Positions 1 through 7,951 of a stretch of 22,226 nucleotides of DNA are shown in pieces. The stretch lies in contig JBBQYG010000056.1 in NCBI GenBank assembly GCA_038208905.1, positions 1 through 22,226 of the forward strand, written 5' to 3'. The notes under the pieces are model-generated. The model did no database searches and had not been told where the DNA came from. It saw nothing but the letters and a program-made list of their open reading frames with translations. Numbering within the stretch: position 1 is the first letter of the stretch; each line of letters begins with the position of its first letter. The stretch is from Candidatus Sumerlaeia bacterium. Lineage in GTDB: Bacteria > Sumerlaeota > Sumerlaeia > SLMS01. The position numbers were made by a program, and so were the translations under genes.

Positions 1-712
1 TTGCCGCCACGGAGCCACGCCTTCCCCACAGGAACAGCGACGGTGCCATGGCGATGGGATAAACCTTGATCACCACCGCGCCCGCCCACGCCCACGCGCC
101 CCACGCGCGGCCACTGCGCAGCGCGTCCACCCCCCACAGCATCAGCGTCGCCATCGCCAGCGTGAACTGCCCCATGTGGAATTCCGCGATGGCGGGAAAC
201 CACGCGAACCAGATCATCGCCATCAATGCGACACGATCCGGACGTCTTCCGCAACACAGCAGGAAATTCACCACCACCATCGCCACGCCAAGCGCCGTCC
301 ACGCGTGAAACGCGGGCCACGGGGGCAGGATATTCAAAGGCGCCGCCAGCAGCGCCGCCGCAATCGGCAGATACCGGAACGTCGCGACATACGGCGCGCG
401 CAGGCCCTCTTTCCCCGTGTCCGTATTCACGCCATAGGGATCGCGCCCCGCCAACAGGCGCGCCCCCGCGTCATAGACCGAGAAGAAATCCGCCCCCTTG
501 CGCGTGCGAAACAGCGCGCCGCTGTCCACCGTCAGCGGAGCCAGCAGGCTTCCGCCATCGTCCGGCCCGCTTCGCCCATACGGCAGCATCGCCAGCGTCA
601 GCAGGAACAGCGCGCCAACCGCCGCGCGGGTCCACAGCGGCGCCATCGCGACGGCGCGCGCCCCGGCCACCATGGCAGCCAGCGGAGAAACTTCGCCCGA
701 ATCGCTTTCCAT
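1..712 (-). CDS. Glycosyltransferase family 87 (DUF2029-like) membrane protein, 3' end beyond window
   Basis: Not in the ORF track because it runs off the edge. Manual translation from ATG at 712 (alternative GTG at 721) gives MESDSGEV...GADFFSVYDAGARLLAGRDPYG...FRYLPIAAALLAAPL...EFHMGQFTLAMATLMLWG...AVVIKVYPIAM. The DF-x-VY-x-AG...G-x-DPY, F-x-Y-x-P, GQ and K-x-x-P motifs and many hydrophobic helices are typical of GT87/GT-C enzymes. Confidence 0.85.
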   Translation of the reverse strand, partial: MESDSGEVSPLAAMVAGARAVAMAPLWTRAAVGALFLLTLAMLPYGRSGPDDGGSLLAPLTVDSGALFRTRKGADFFSVYDAGARLLAGRDPYGVNTDTGKEGLRAPYVATFRYLPIAAALLAAPLNILPPWPAFHAWTALGVAMVVVNFLLCCGRRPDRVALMAMIWFAWFPAIAEFHMGQFTLAMATLMLWGVDALRSGRAWGAWAWAGAVVIKVYPIAMAPSLFLWGRRGSVAA

Positions 713-765
713 TTTCTTCACGCCCACAGGAACCGACGCGGCGGCAACAGGCACAACAGGCGAAT

Positions 766-2163
766 CTAAACCTCGACCTTGCGCCATCCCGGCGCCCGGA
801 ACCGGAAGGCCAGCAACAGGGCAGAGAACGCCAGCGACAGCGCAAACGCCAGCGCCGATCCCCACGCCCCCAACTCCATGGGCAGGGCCAGAAACCAGGC
901 AAGCGGCAGGAATACCAGAAACTGGCTGCCAATGCTCACCATCATCACAAAGTAAGTTTCCCCCGCGCCCTGCAGCGCCTTGCCAACGATGGTGTTCACC
1001 GACTCCAGAATCTGATAGGTCCCGATCAGCACCATGATCATTCCCGCCATCTCCGCGACGCGCGCCAGATCGTCGGCCCCGGTCGCGGCGCCCGGCTTCA
1101 TCAGGCGCGGATGGCTAATGAACAACTGCACCAGGGGGTCGCGAAAGACGATGAAGGCGATCCCCGTCACGCCCATCATGATCGCGCCCATCAGCCAGCA
1201 CACATAGCCGCTCTGCGCCGCGCGATGGGGCTCCTTCGCTCCCAGATACTGGCCCACCAGCGTCGCCGCCGCGATTCCAAATCCAAGGCTTGGCAGATAG
1301 GTCAGATACCCGATCTGCCGCGTGATCGTCGTCGCCGAAAGCGAAATGCCCCCGTCCGGAACCCGCGAATTGATCAGCACAAACAGGAACATTCCCGCGT
1401 TGCCCAGAAACTGCTGCACGAAAACCGGACCGGAGAGCTTCAGGATCGCCACGATCAATTTTGGGTCATAGTTTCGCCTCATGCGGAACACGCCATAGCG
1501 GCGCCGAACCCTCGGCAGCGCCAGCACCACGCAGAAGAGCCCGACGCCGCACACCAGCGAGATCGTCTGCGCCAACCCCGCCCCCGCGATTCCCATCTCC
1601 GGAAGCCCTAGGTGCCCGCCCACCAGCCCCCAGCACAGCAACCCATTCAGCAACAGGATCACGCCATACAGCGCGGCCGGCACGATGGGCCGGGAAATCG
1701 CGTTGAAGAACCCGATGATCACCAGGCTGCCGATCAGGAGCGGAATCCCCGGCACCCGCCAGCGGAAGTAGGTCGTCGCCAGCTTCGCCACCGCCTCGCT
1801 GTCCGCCGACTGGAAGATCCACGGCCCAAGGTACCACAGCGCCACCGAAAGCGGCACGCCAAGAACCATCGAAACCAGAAGGCCATTGTCCAGCGCCGCC
1901 CCCGCCGCCTCGCGGTTTCCCTCGCCATAGCGGCGCGCCGCGATCGCCTGCACGGCGATCTCCAGCGCATGGAACGCCAGCACCAGCACCAGGGTGAAAG
2001 TGCCCGCGAGCCCGATCGCGGCCAGCCCCACCCCGCCCAGCGCGCGTCCCACAATCAGGAACTCCGCCGCCAAACCCGCAAAAATAACCAGATAGGCGCC
2101 AGCCACCGGCAGGGCCAGCTTGGTCGAGCGAATCCAGATGTCTCTAGGGATGGGATGAATCAA
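766..2163 (-). CDS. MATE family efflux transporter
   Basis: About 12 TM segments. Motifs include KLALPV, LGGVGLAAIG, MGIAGAGLA, LPSLGFGIAAATLVGQYLGAK and ALQGAGET. The start is uncertain: TTG at 2163 was chosen, while the ORF stays open to 2406 but that extension is repeat-rich and does not look like protein. Confidence 0.9.
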   Translation of the reverse strand: MIHPIPRDIWIRSTKLALPVAGAYLVIFAGLAAEFLIVGRALGGVGLAAIGLAGTFTLVLVLAFHALEIAVQAIAARRYGEGNREAAGAALDNGLLVSMVLGVPLSVALWYLGPWIFQSADSEAVAKLATTYFRWRVPGIPLLIGSLVIIGFFNAISRPIVPAALYGVILLLNGLLCWGLVGGHLGLPEMGIAGAGLAQTISLVCGVGLFCVVLALPRVRRRYGVFRMRRNYDPKLIVAILKLSGPVFVQQFLGNAGMFLFVLINSRVPDGGISLSATTITRQIGYLTYLPSLGFGIAAATLVGQYLGAKEPHRAAQSGYVCWLMGAIMMGVTGIAFIVFRDPLVQLFISHPRLMKPGAATGADDLARVAEMAGMIMVLIGTYQILESVNTIVGKALQGAGETYFVMMVSIGSQFLVFLPLAWFLALPMELGAWGSALAFALSLAFSALLLAFRFRAPGWRKVEV

Positions 2164-2257
2164 TGCAGGGGGGGGCGGAGACGGCCTGTCAATCTCGGGA
2201 TGCGGCCCAGTCCTCGCGGGGCGATGAAACCAGCGACCAAGAGGGTTGCGCACCCCC

Positions 2258-2331
2258 GCGCGGTCAATTGGGAAACCGCGCCCGCCAGGTAAAGCACAGG
2301 TACATGGTTCCCCCCTGCTTACCGGGCGCGG
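2258..2331. other. Overlapping inverted repeats upstream of the MATE gene (candidate structured leader)
   Basis: CCGCGCCCG (2276-2284) pairs with CGGGCGCGG (2323-2331), with inner imperfect pairing GGTAAAGCACAGG/CCTGCTTACC. A competing stem is GCGCGGT (2258-2264)/ACCGCGC (2275-2281). Confidence 0.35.
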
Positions 2332-2341
2332 CAAGCTATGA

Positions 2342-2413
2342 GTGGGGCGTGACATTCCCCCAATCTGATGGCCGTCCTGCAATCCGCGCTCCGGGCGGAC
2401 GCCCACGCTCCCC
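2342..2413. repeat. REP-like element, copy 1 (GCCCACGCTCCCC family)
   Basis: Ends in CGGGCGGACGCCCACGCTCCCC (2392-2413). The same 13-mer occurs reverse-complemented at 7595-7607. A degenerate left arm GTGGGGCGTG lies at 2342-2351. Confidence 0.55.
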
Positions 2414-2433
2414 TATGCGAGCCGACAAGCATC

Positions 2434-2519
2434 TGCCCGCCTCAGCGGGCACCCCCTTGCCGCCGGCTTCAGCCGGGGGACCCGGGCAACTAAGGATTCC
2501 GAGCGCGCTTCAGCGTGCT
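2434..2519. repeat. Cluster of three REP-like hairpins with YTCA loops
   Basis: TGCCCGC-CTCA-GCGGGCA (2434-2451), CCGGC-TTCA-GCCGG (2463-2476) and AGCGCGC-TTCA-GCGTGCT (2502-2519). All share a GC-YTCA-GC core. Confidence 0.65.
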
Positions 2520-2591
2520 TGTTCCTGGCTTCACGCGCGCGCCCGGAAGGCGCCCCCGTTATCGTTTGACCTACCGGCGGCCCGACGACCA

Positions 2592-2621
2592 CGCTCCCAG
2601 TTACTCAACCTGCTGGGAGCG
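2592..2621 (+). promoter_or_regulatory. 9-bp hairpin covering the putative RBS of the exeA-like gene
   Basis: CGCTCCCAG (2592-2600) and CTGGGAGCG (2613-2621) form a perfect stem. GGGAG (2615-2619) is the best SD-like sequence before the ATG at 2633. Confidence 0.4.
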
Positions 2622-2632
2622 GCGCCCGCGAG

Positions 2633-4741
2633 ATGTACCTCGAATACTTCGGCTTTCAGGACGAACCGTTCAACATCACGCCGAACTCGCGCTTCCTGTT
2701 CCTTTCCAAGCGCCACCGCGAGGCCCTCGCCTCGCTCCTCTATGGCATCGAGCAGCGCAAGGGCTTCATCGCCCTCACGGGAAACATCGGCTGCGGCAAG
2801 ACGACGATCTGCCGCGCCCTGATCGGCCAGCTAGACAAGGAAAAGTTCCACCTCGCCCTCGTCTTCAACCCCGAGCTGAACGACGTCGAAATCCTCCAGC
2901 TCATCAACGCCGAACTCGGCGTGAATCACGAGTCCGAGTCCAAGCGGGTGCTCCTTGGCTGGCTCAACGACTTCCTGCTGGAGGAGTACGAGGCCGACCG
3001 CATCGTGGTTTTGGTCATCGACGAGGCCCAGCGGCTGACCCCCGAGGCGCTGGAGCAAATCCGCCTCCTCAGCAACCTTGAAACCGAGACCAGCAAGCTC
3101 ATCCAGATCGCCCTCGTCGGCCAGCCGGAACTGGGCGACATGTTGGACCTTCCCGAGCTCGAGCAGCTCAACCAGCGCATCACCGTCCGCTATCACATCG
3201 AGCCCCTGAACTTCGAGGAGGTGGCCGACTACATCGACCATCGCCTCTCCGTCGCCGAGCCCGAGCGGCCCGTGAAGTTCACCAAGAAGGCCATCCGCAA
3301 GATTTTCGACTACAGCGGGGGCGTCCCGCGCCGGATCAATGTCGTCAGCGACCGCGCCCTGCTCGTCACCTACGTGAAGGAAGAGCGCGAGGTGACGGAG
3401 GAGAACGTCGTCCGCGCCATCGAGGAACTGGGCGGAATGCCCAAGCGCCGCGGCAAGCGCAAGGATGCGCCGGGCAAGCCCGCGCGCGCGGCCACCGCCG
3501 ATGCTGACGAGGACGATGAGTCCGCCGAGGCGAAAGCCGCCCCCGCCCCCCGCAAGGGCGGCGCGGGCCTGTGGCCGGTTGGGCTGTCGCTACTGCTGGG
3601 GCTCGCGGCCATCGCCTATGCCATCTCCACGCTGAACCAGGGGCCCGGCGGGAATCCGCCCGCCATCGTCGCGCCCAGGCCCACGCCCGTGGCGACCCCG
3701 GCTCCATTGCCCACGGTGGCCGCGGTCAGGCCCAACCCCACGCCAACGCTTGTCCCGCCCCCCGATGCCGCGCCGCGCCGCACCCCCGCCTTCACTCAGC
3801 CACCTCCCGAGCCAACGATGATCCCCACGCCGGAGCCCTCCCCGTCAGTTGCCGAGGGAGTCCTGCCGCCAGAGATCGCCTTCGTCCCGCCGCCGCCGAG
3901 TCCACCCGATCCCGCGACCAGCGCGACCCTTGCCCAGCCGACGCCGACGATCCCCGCGCGGGAAGCCCCGCCCGCCCCCAGCCCCGAGGTCGTCGAGGAG
4001 GCGTCGCCGGCCGTGGCGCCAACGGCCACGCCGGAGAACCCGTCGCTCCTCGCCCAGATGCTCGTTCCGCCGACCCCCACCCCCAAGCCCGACCTTCCCT
4101 GGACCTATGACGCCAGCGGCGTCATGCGCGTCACCGATCCCGCCGTCGGCTATCCCGCCAGCGTCCTCACCTGGATCGCCCTCAAGCGCGGGGAACGCCT
4201 CGGCGACGGAGAGCTTGCCCAGCTTCGCGCCATGACAACCGACCAGATCGCCGCCCTCCAGCTTACCCAGGGCCGCGCGCCGCTGTTCCTGCGCGAGGCG
4301 CGCTTTCCCGCCACCCTCTCCAACCTCGGAGCCGACTCGCTCCCCGTGCTGGTGCAGGTCGACAACAACGCCACCGAATTCGGCCCCTGGGCGGTGCTGG
4401 TCTCCACCGACGCGAATACCGTTGTCCTCCACGATCCCCGCAAGGGTCGCGTCACCATCGCCGCCGAAACCCTGGAAGACCACCTGACCGCCATTATGGC
4501 GCCCTACTTCGACCCCGACGGCATCACCGGCCTCCGCCCGCTGGACAGCGGCACCCGCGTCCTGGCGCTCCAGCAATGCCTTCGCAACGCGGGCCTGTAC
4601 CTGGTGGAGCCAACGGGCCTCTACGACCCCTTCACCGAGTCCCTCGTCCAGCAATTCCGCAAGCTCCGCGAACTCCCCGGCACCGGCGAGATCGACGCAC
4701 TGACAGCGCTGCGGCTGTTGGCGGCGGGGGAGGTGCCATGA
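2633..4741 (+). CDS. exeA: ExeA/GspA-like AAA ATPase with TM helix, Pro-rich linker, C39-like and peptidoglycan-binding domains
   Basis: N-terminus MYLEYFGFQDEPFNITPNSRFLFLS, Walker A TGNIGCGKTT, Walker B VLVIDEAQ, plus LVGQPEL and GGVPRRIN motifs. One TM (LWPVGLSLLLGLAAIAYAI) is followed by a long PT/PE-rich linker. The C-terminus is PG_binding_1-like (SGTRVLALQQCL...TGLYDPFTESLVQQF...TGEID). Confidence 0.9.
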   Translation: MYLEYFGFQDEPFNITPNSRFLFLSKRHREALASLLYGIEQRKGFIALTGNIGCGKTTICRALIGQLDKEKFHLALVFNPELNDVEILQLINAELGVNHESESKRVLLGWLNDFLLEEYEADRIVVLVIDEAQRLTPEALEQIRLLSNLETETSKLIQIALVGQPELGDMLDLPELEQLNQRITVRYHIEPLNFEEVADYIDHRLSVAEPERPVKFTKKAIRKIFDYSGGVPRRINVVSDRALLVTYVKEEREVTEENVVRAIEELGGMPKRRGKRKDAPGKPARAATADADEDDESAEAKAAPAPRKGGAGLWPVGLSLLLGLAAIAYAISTLNQGPGGNPPAIVAPRPTPVATPAPLPTVAAVRPNPTPTLVPPPDAAPRRTPAFTQPPPEPTMIPTPEPSPSVAEGVLPPEIAFVPPPPSPPDPATSATLAQPTPTIPAREAPPAPSPEVVEEASPAVAPTATPENPSLLAQMLVPPTPTPKPDLPWTYDASGVMRVTDPAVGYPASVLTWIALKRGERLGDGELAQLRAMTTDQIAALQLTQGRAPLFLREARFPATLSNLGADSLPVLVQVDNNATEFGPWAVLVSTDANTVVLHDPRKGRVTIAAETLEDHLTAIMAPYFDPDGITGLRPLDSGTRVLALQQCLRNAGLYLVEPTGLYDPFTESLVQQFRKLRELPGTGEIDALTALRLLAAGEVP

Positions 4742-5394
4742 GCTCCATCCTCGACGCCCTCGAGAAAGCCAGCCGCAAGCGCACCGCCCGGGGGCTCGAT
4801 TCCATCAGCGGCGACAACCTCGGGCAGCAGAGCGCGCTGGAGAAGCGGCTGCGTGAGGAGCAGGAGCGGAACAAGCGGCAGTTGCGGGTGGCGATGGGGG
4901 CGCTGGGGGTTGTGGCGTTGCTGTTGGTGGGCGGAACGGTGGCCGCGTGGACGATTTTCTCGAAGCCTGGTCCGCCCGCCGTGGAACCGCCAGCCGTGGC
5001 CACGGTCGCTGTGGCGACGCCCGCTGCGCCACCTCCCGATCCCGAACCCGTCGCCGCCGCGCTCCCGGCTCCCACCCCGTGGCCGTCGCCGACGCCGTGG
5101 CCCTCGCCCACGGCGGCGCCCGTGGCGACTACCGCCCCCACGCCTGTCTCGCGCGACCGCGATCTGGCGGGGGACCTGAAGGGCATCTTCAAGGATGGCC
5201 AGATCGTGCGGCCCGAGGAACTCGGGCTGGAGGTCGGCGGCGTGGTGGAGATGGGGAACGGCTACGTGGCGCTGCTCAACAACAAGCAAATCCGCGCCGG
5301 CCAGAAGATCGGCGGCCTCCACGTGATCGACATCCAGTTCGGCATGGTCACCATCGACGTGGGCGACGGCGTGATCGTGAAGATGCGGTTCTGA
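4738..5394 (+). CDS. exeB: ExeB/GspB-like membrane protein
   Basis: Starts at an ATGA overlap with the exeA stop. MSSILDALEKA resembles the conserved GspB N-terminus. It has a single TM, a Pro-rich linker and a C-terminal beta-rich domain (ALLNNKQIRAGQKIGGLHVIDIQFGMVTI). Confidence 0.75.
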   Translation: MSSILDALEKASRKRTARGLDSISGDNLGQQSALEKRLREEQERNKRQLRVAMGALGVVALLLVGGTVAAWTIFSKPGPPAVEPPAVATVAVATPAAPPPDPEPVAAALPAPTPWPSPTPWPSPTAAPVATTAPTPVSRDRDLAGDLKGIFKDGQIVRPEELGLEVGGVVEMGNGYVALLNNKQIRAGQKIGGLHVIDIQFGMVTIDVGDGVIVKMRF

Positions 5395-6126
5395 TCACCC
5401 GACCGATCGCCCGCCGTCCACCGTGACGATTTCGCCGCAGACGTCCACCGATTCGAGGAGGAAGATCAGTGCCTTCGCCACGGAATCCGGCGTGCCCCAG
5501 CGGCCGGTGGGGGTGCGCTTGAGGATGATCTCGCGGGTGATGGGGTCCAAGTCCTCGGGTTCCAGGACGGGGCCCGGGGCGATGCCGTTGACGAGGATGC
5601 CGGGGGCCAGTTCGCGGGCGAGGGCGCGGGTCATCGTGTGGAGCCCGCCCTTGGCCGCCATGTAGTGTGCATAGTGGCGATAGGGGCGCTCCACGGCCCA
5701 GTCGGTAATGTTGACGATGCGGCCCGGCGAGGCTTGCCGAAGCATCGGCAGGCACGCCCGCGCGCAGAGGAACGGCCCGCGCAGGTTGGCGGCCACCACG
5801 GCGTCGAATTCGGCGGGGGTGATGTCCTCGAAGCGGCGCTTGGGGAAGGTCGCCGCATTGTTCACCAGCGCCGTCAGGCCGCCAAGGCCGGCCTCGATCT
5901 CCGCCGTCATGCGGGCCACATCGGCCTCGATGGAATGATCCCCCTGAACCACGATCGCGCGGGAGCCCATGTCCTGGATTTCGCGGGCGGTGGCCTCGGC
6001 CTCGGATAGGGAGGCGCGGCAGTGCACGGCGATGGCGGCGCCCTCCGCCGCGCAGGCCAGCGCCATCGCGCGCCCCACCCGGCGGGCGGAACCGGTGATC
6101 CAGACGATCTGCCCATGTAGCCTCAT
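5395..6126 (-). CDS. Short-chain dehydrogenase/reductase, pteridine reductase/FolM-like
   Basis: Motifs ITGSARRVG (PTR1-like TGxxxRxG), VNNA, catalytic D (NITD), YxxxK (YMAAK) and VNGIAPG. Start taken as the ATG at 6126 (MRLHGQIVWITG). Confidence 0.88.
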   Translation of the reverse strand: MRLHGQIVWITGSARRVGRAMALACAAEGAAIAVHCRASLSEAEATAREIQDMGSRAIVVQGDHSIEADVARMTAEIEAGLGGLTALVNNAATFPKRRFEDITPAEFDAVVAANLRGPFLCARACLPMLRQASPGRIVNITDWAVERPYRHYAHYMAAKGGLHTMTRALARELAPGILVNGIAPGPVLEPEDLDPITREIILKRTPTGRWGTPDSVAKALIFLLESVDVCGEIVTVDGGRSVG

Positions 6127-6243
6127 CCGGCGCCTCCGGGAACGGTTTCGCTTGAGCGTCCGGGGCACCGGGCCACAGACTGCTCCGCTAACGCTCCGCA
6201 GCCCTTATGCCCCGGGCCACCCCGCAACTCGACAGGAATCCGC

Positions 6244-7587
6244 ATGGCGCAGTTCGTGGCCGCAAAATTCAGCCAGGAAGACATGCCGACGCTCTTCGAG
6301 CCGGTTGGGCTCCCCGACCTCAAGCCCCAGGAGTTCGTGGTGGTTCCGCGGGCCGGGGGCGAGGACATCGCTTTCATTTCCGGCTTCGAGTACAAGTCCT
6401 CCCAGCAGCTCGAGCTCCGCCGCGAACCCTATTCCCGCGTGATCCGCCGCGCCAGCGAGCCGGAGGTCGAGGCGTGGTGGACCCGCAAGTCGGAGGAGCG
6501 CCGCGCCTTGCTCCTCGCCAAGGAGAAATCCAAGGAACTCCGGCTGGACATCAAGATCACCTATGCCCGCATCGAGCCGAAGGAGGGAAAGCTGGTGCTG
6601 ACCTTCACCAGCGATTCCCGCGTGGACTTCCGGGCGCTGGTGCGCGAGCTGAACCTAATCCTTAAGATCCGCGTCGAGCTGTGGCAGATCGGCGTCCGCG
6701 ACGAGGCGCGCTTCATCGACGGCTTCGGCATCTGCGGCCTGCAGACGTGCTGTTCCACCTGGCTCAAGGAATTCCGCCCCATCTCGATCCGCATGGCCAA
6801 GGATCAGGACATCACTCTCCCGCCGTCCAAGCTCGCGGGCCAGTGCGGGCGCCTGCTTTGCTGCCTCTCCTACGAGGTGGACCAGTACCGCAAGCTCTCA
6901 CGCGCCGCGTTCCCCAAGGGCGCCACCGTGAAGTGGGACAACAAGGACGTGGTGATCGTGGACCGTAACCTGATCGCGGGGACGTATCTGATCACCGAGG
7001 GCTCCGGCCCGCTCAAGACCATCAAGGCCGAGGAAATCGGCGAAGGCGTCGCCCGCATCCCCGATCAGATGCGCAAGTTCGGCAAGCAGATCCGCGAGGA
7101 GCTGGAGGAAGGCGGCGAGGACATTGGCGTAGCGACCGCCGATGCGGAAGCGCCCGCCGAGGAAGCACCCCGCCCCGCGCCCGCGCCCGCACCCCCCCAG
7201 AATCGTCCCAAGCCCCAGCGCCCGCAGGGCGGCGGACAGCAGCGCCCCGCCGGCGGCCAGCAGCAGAACCGCCCGGAAAAGCGTGGCGGCAGGCCCCAGC
7301 ACCAGCAGAGGCCCCCCCAACAGCACCAGCAACGCGCCCCCCAGGAGGCCGCCTCCGCCGAGCCCGGAGACGCGACCGCCGCGCCCCAGGGCGAGGAGGG
7401 ATCAAAGAGGCCCAGCCGCAAGCGCAACCGCGGACGCAATCGCGGCGGCCCGCGCCCGGAAGGCCAGGAGGGCGGAGGAAACGAGCAGCGCGCCGAGGGC
7501 GGCAGCCCCGGCGGATCACCGCCCGACGCACAGGGCGGCTCGCCGCCCGCGAATCCCGGCAGGCCAAAGAAGCGGCGGCGGCACTGA
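6244..7587 (+). CDS. ricT: PSP1-domain protein (RicT/YaaT family) with long disordered C-terminal tail
   Basis: Motifs RVDFRALVREL...RVELWQIGVRDEA, GICGLQTCCSTWL, SIRMAKDQ and KLAGQCGRLLCCLSYE, including the conserved Cys cluster. AGGA SD lies upstream. The last ~150 aa are Q/P/G/R/E-rich. Confidence 0.9.
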   Translation: MAQFVAAKFSQEDMPTLFEPVGLPDLKPQEFVVVPRAGGEDIAFISGFEYKSSQQLELRREPYSRVIRRASEPEVEAWWTRKSEERRALLLAKEKSKELRLDIKITYARIEPKEGKLVLTFTSDSRVDFRALVRELNLILKIRVELWQIGVRDEARFIDGFGICGLQTCCSTWLKEFRPISIRMAKDQDITLPPSKLAGQCGRLLCCLSYEVDQYRKLSRAAFPKGATVKWDNKDVVIVDRNLIAGTYLITEGSGPLKTIKAEEIGEGVARIPDQMRKFGKQIREELEEGGEDIGVATADAEAPAEEAPRPAPAPAPPQNRPKPQRPQGGGQQRPAGGQQQNRPEKRGGRPQHQQRPPQQHQQRAPQEAASAEPGDATAAPQGEEGSKRPSRKRNRGRNRGGPRPEGQEGGGNEQRAEGGSPGGSPPDAQGGSPPANPGRPKKRRRH

Positions 7588-7594
7588 CAATTAA

Positions 7595-7693
7595 GGGGAG
7601 CGTGGGCATCTTGCCCGCGCGGCTCCTTCGGCAGGCAGATGGATCGCCCGGTATTGCGATGTATATACGGCTCGGGGGGGCGCCCACGCCACC
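7595..7693. repeat. REP-like doublet, copy 2, between convergent genes
   Basis: Left arm GGGGAGCGTGGGCATCTTGCCCGCGC (hairpin at 7600-7620). Right arm GCCCACGCCACC (7682-7693) is an imperfect inverted copy of the left terminus. Confidence 0.6.
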
Positions 7694-7696
7694 TTT

Positions 7697-7951
7697 TCAC
7701 CCCCCGCTCACCGGCGGCATCAGCCCGATCTCGTCGCCGTCCTCCAGCACGGCGCCGGCCTCGGACCACTCGCGGTTGCGGGTGAGCATCATCGATGCGC
7801 GAAAATCCGCGAGCATCGGGTGGCGCTGCGTCAGGCGGACCAGCAGCAGCTCCAGCGTCGTCCCCTCGGCGGCATCGATCACTTCTTCGCCGACTCCGCC
7901 GGTGGCTGCCTTCAACGTCGAGAAATAGAGCACACGGACGCGCATTGTCAC
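7697..7951 (-). CDS. moaD: MoaD/ThiS family sulfur-carrier protein
   Basis: 84 aa: VRVLYFSTLKAATG...LEDGDEIGLMPPVSGG, ending in the diagnostic Gly-Gly. The GTG start overlaps the upstream stop (GTGA). Alternative ATG at 7945. Confidence 0.9.
   Translation of the reverse strand: MTMRVRVLYFSTLKAATGGVGEEVIDAAEGTTLELLLVRLTQRHPMLADFRASMMLTRNREWSEAGAVLEDGDEIGLMPPVSGG

Noticed and set aside
2168..2192. Phase-variable promoter (TTGACA plus G8/C8 tract) for MATE
   Set aside because: No convincing -10 at proper spacing, it conflicts with the likely start codon, and an 8-nt run is unremarkable at this GC content.
2531..2716. 61-aa minus-strand ORF and other small intergenic ORFs (2163..2822+, 11272..11463-, 19571..19810+)
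   Set aside because: They overlap real genes or are translations of repeats (for example GEWGIGNRDWG and LIPHPSSL), with no coding signal.
5071..5112. Tandem repeat encoding PTPWPS-PTPWPS-PT
   Set aside because: An ordinary coding duplication within the Pro-rich linker. It is not a CRISPR or mobile repeat.
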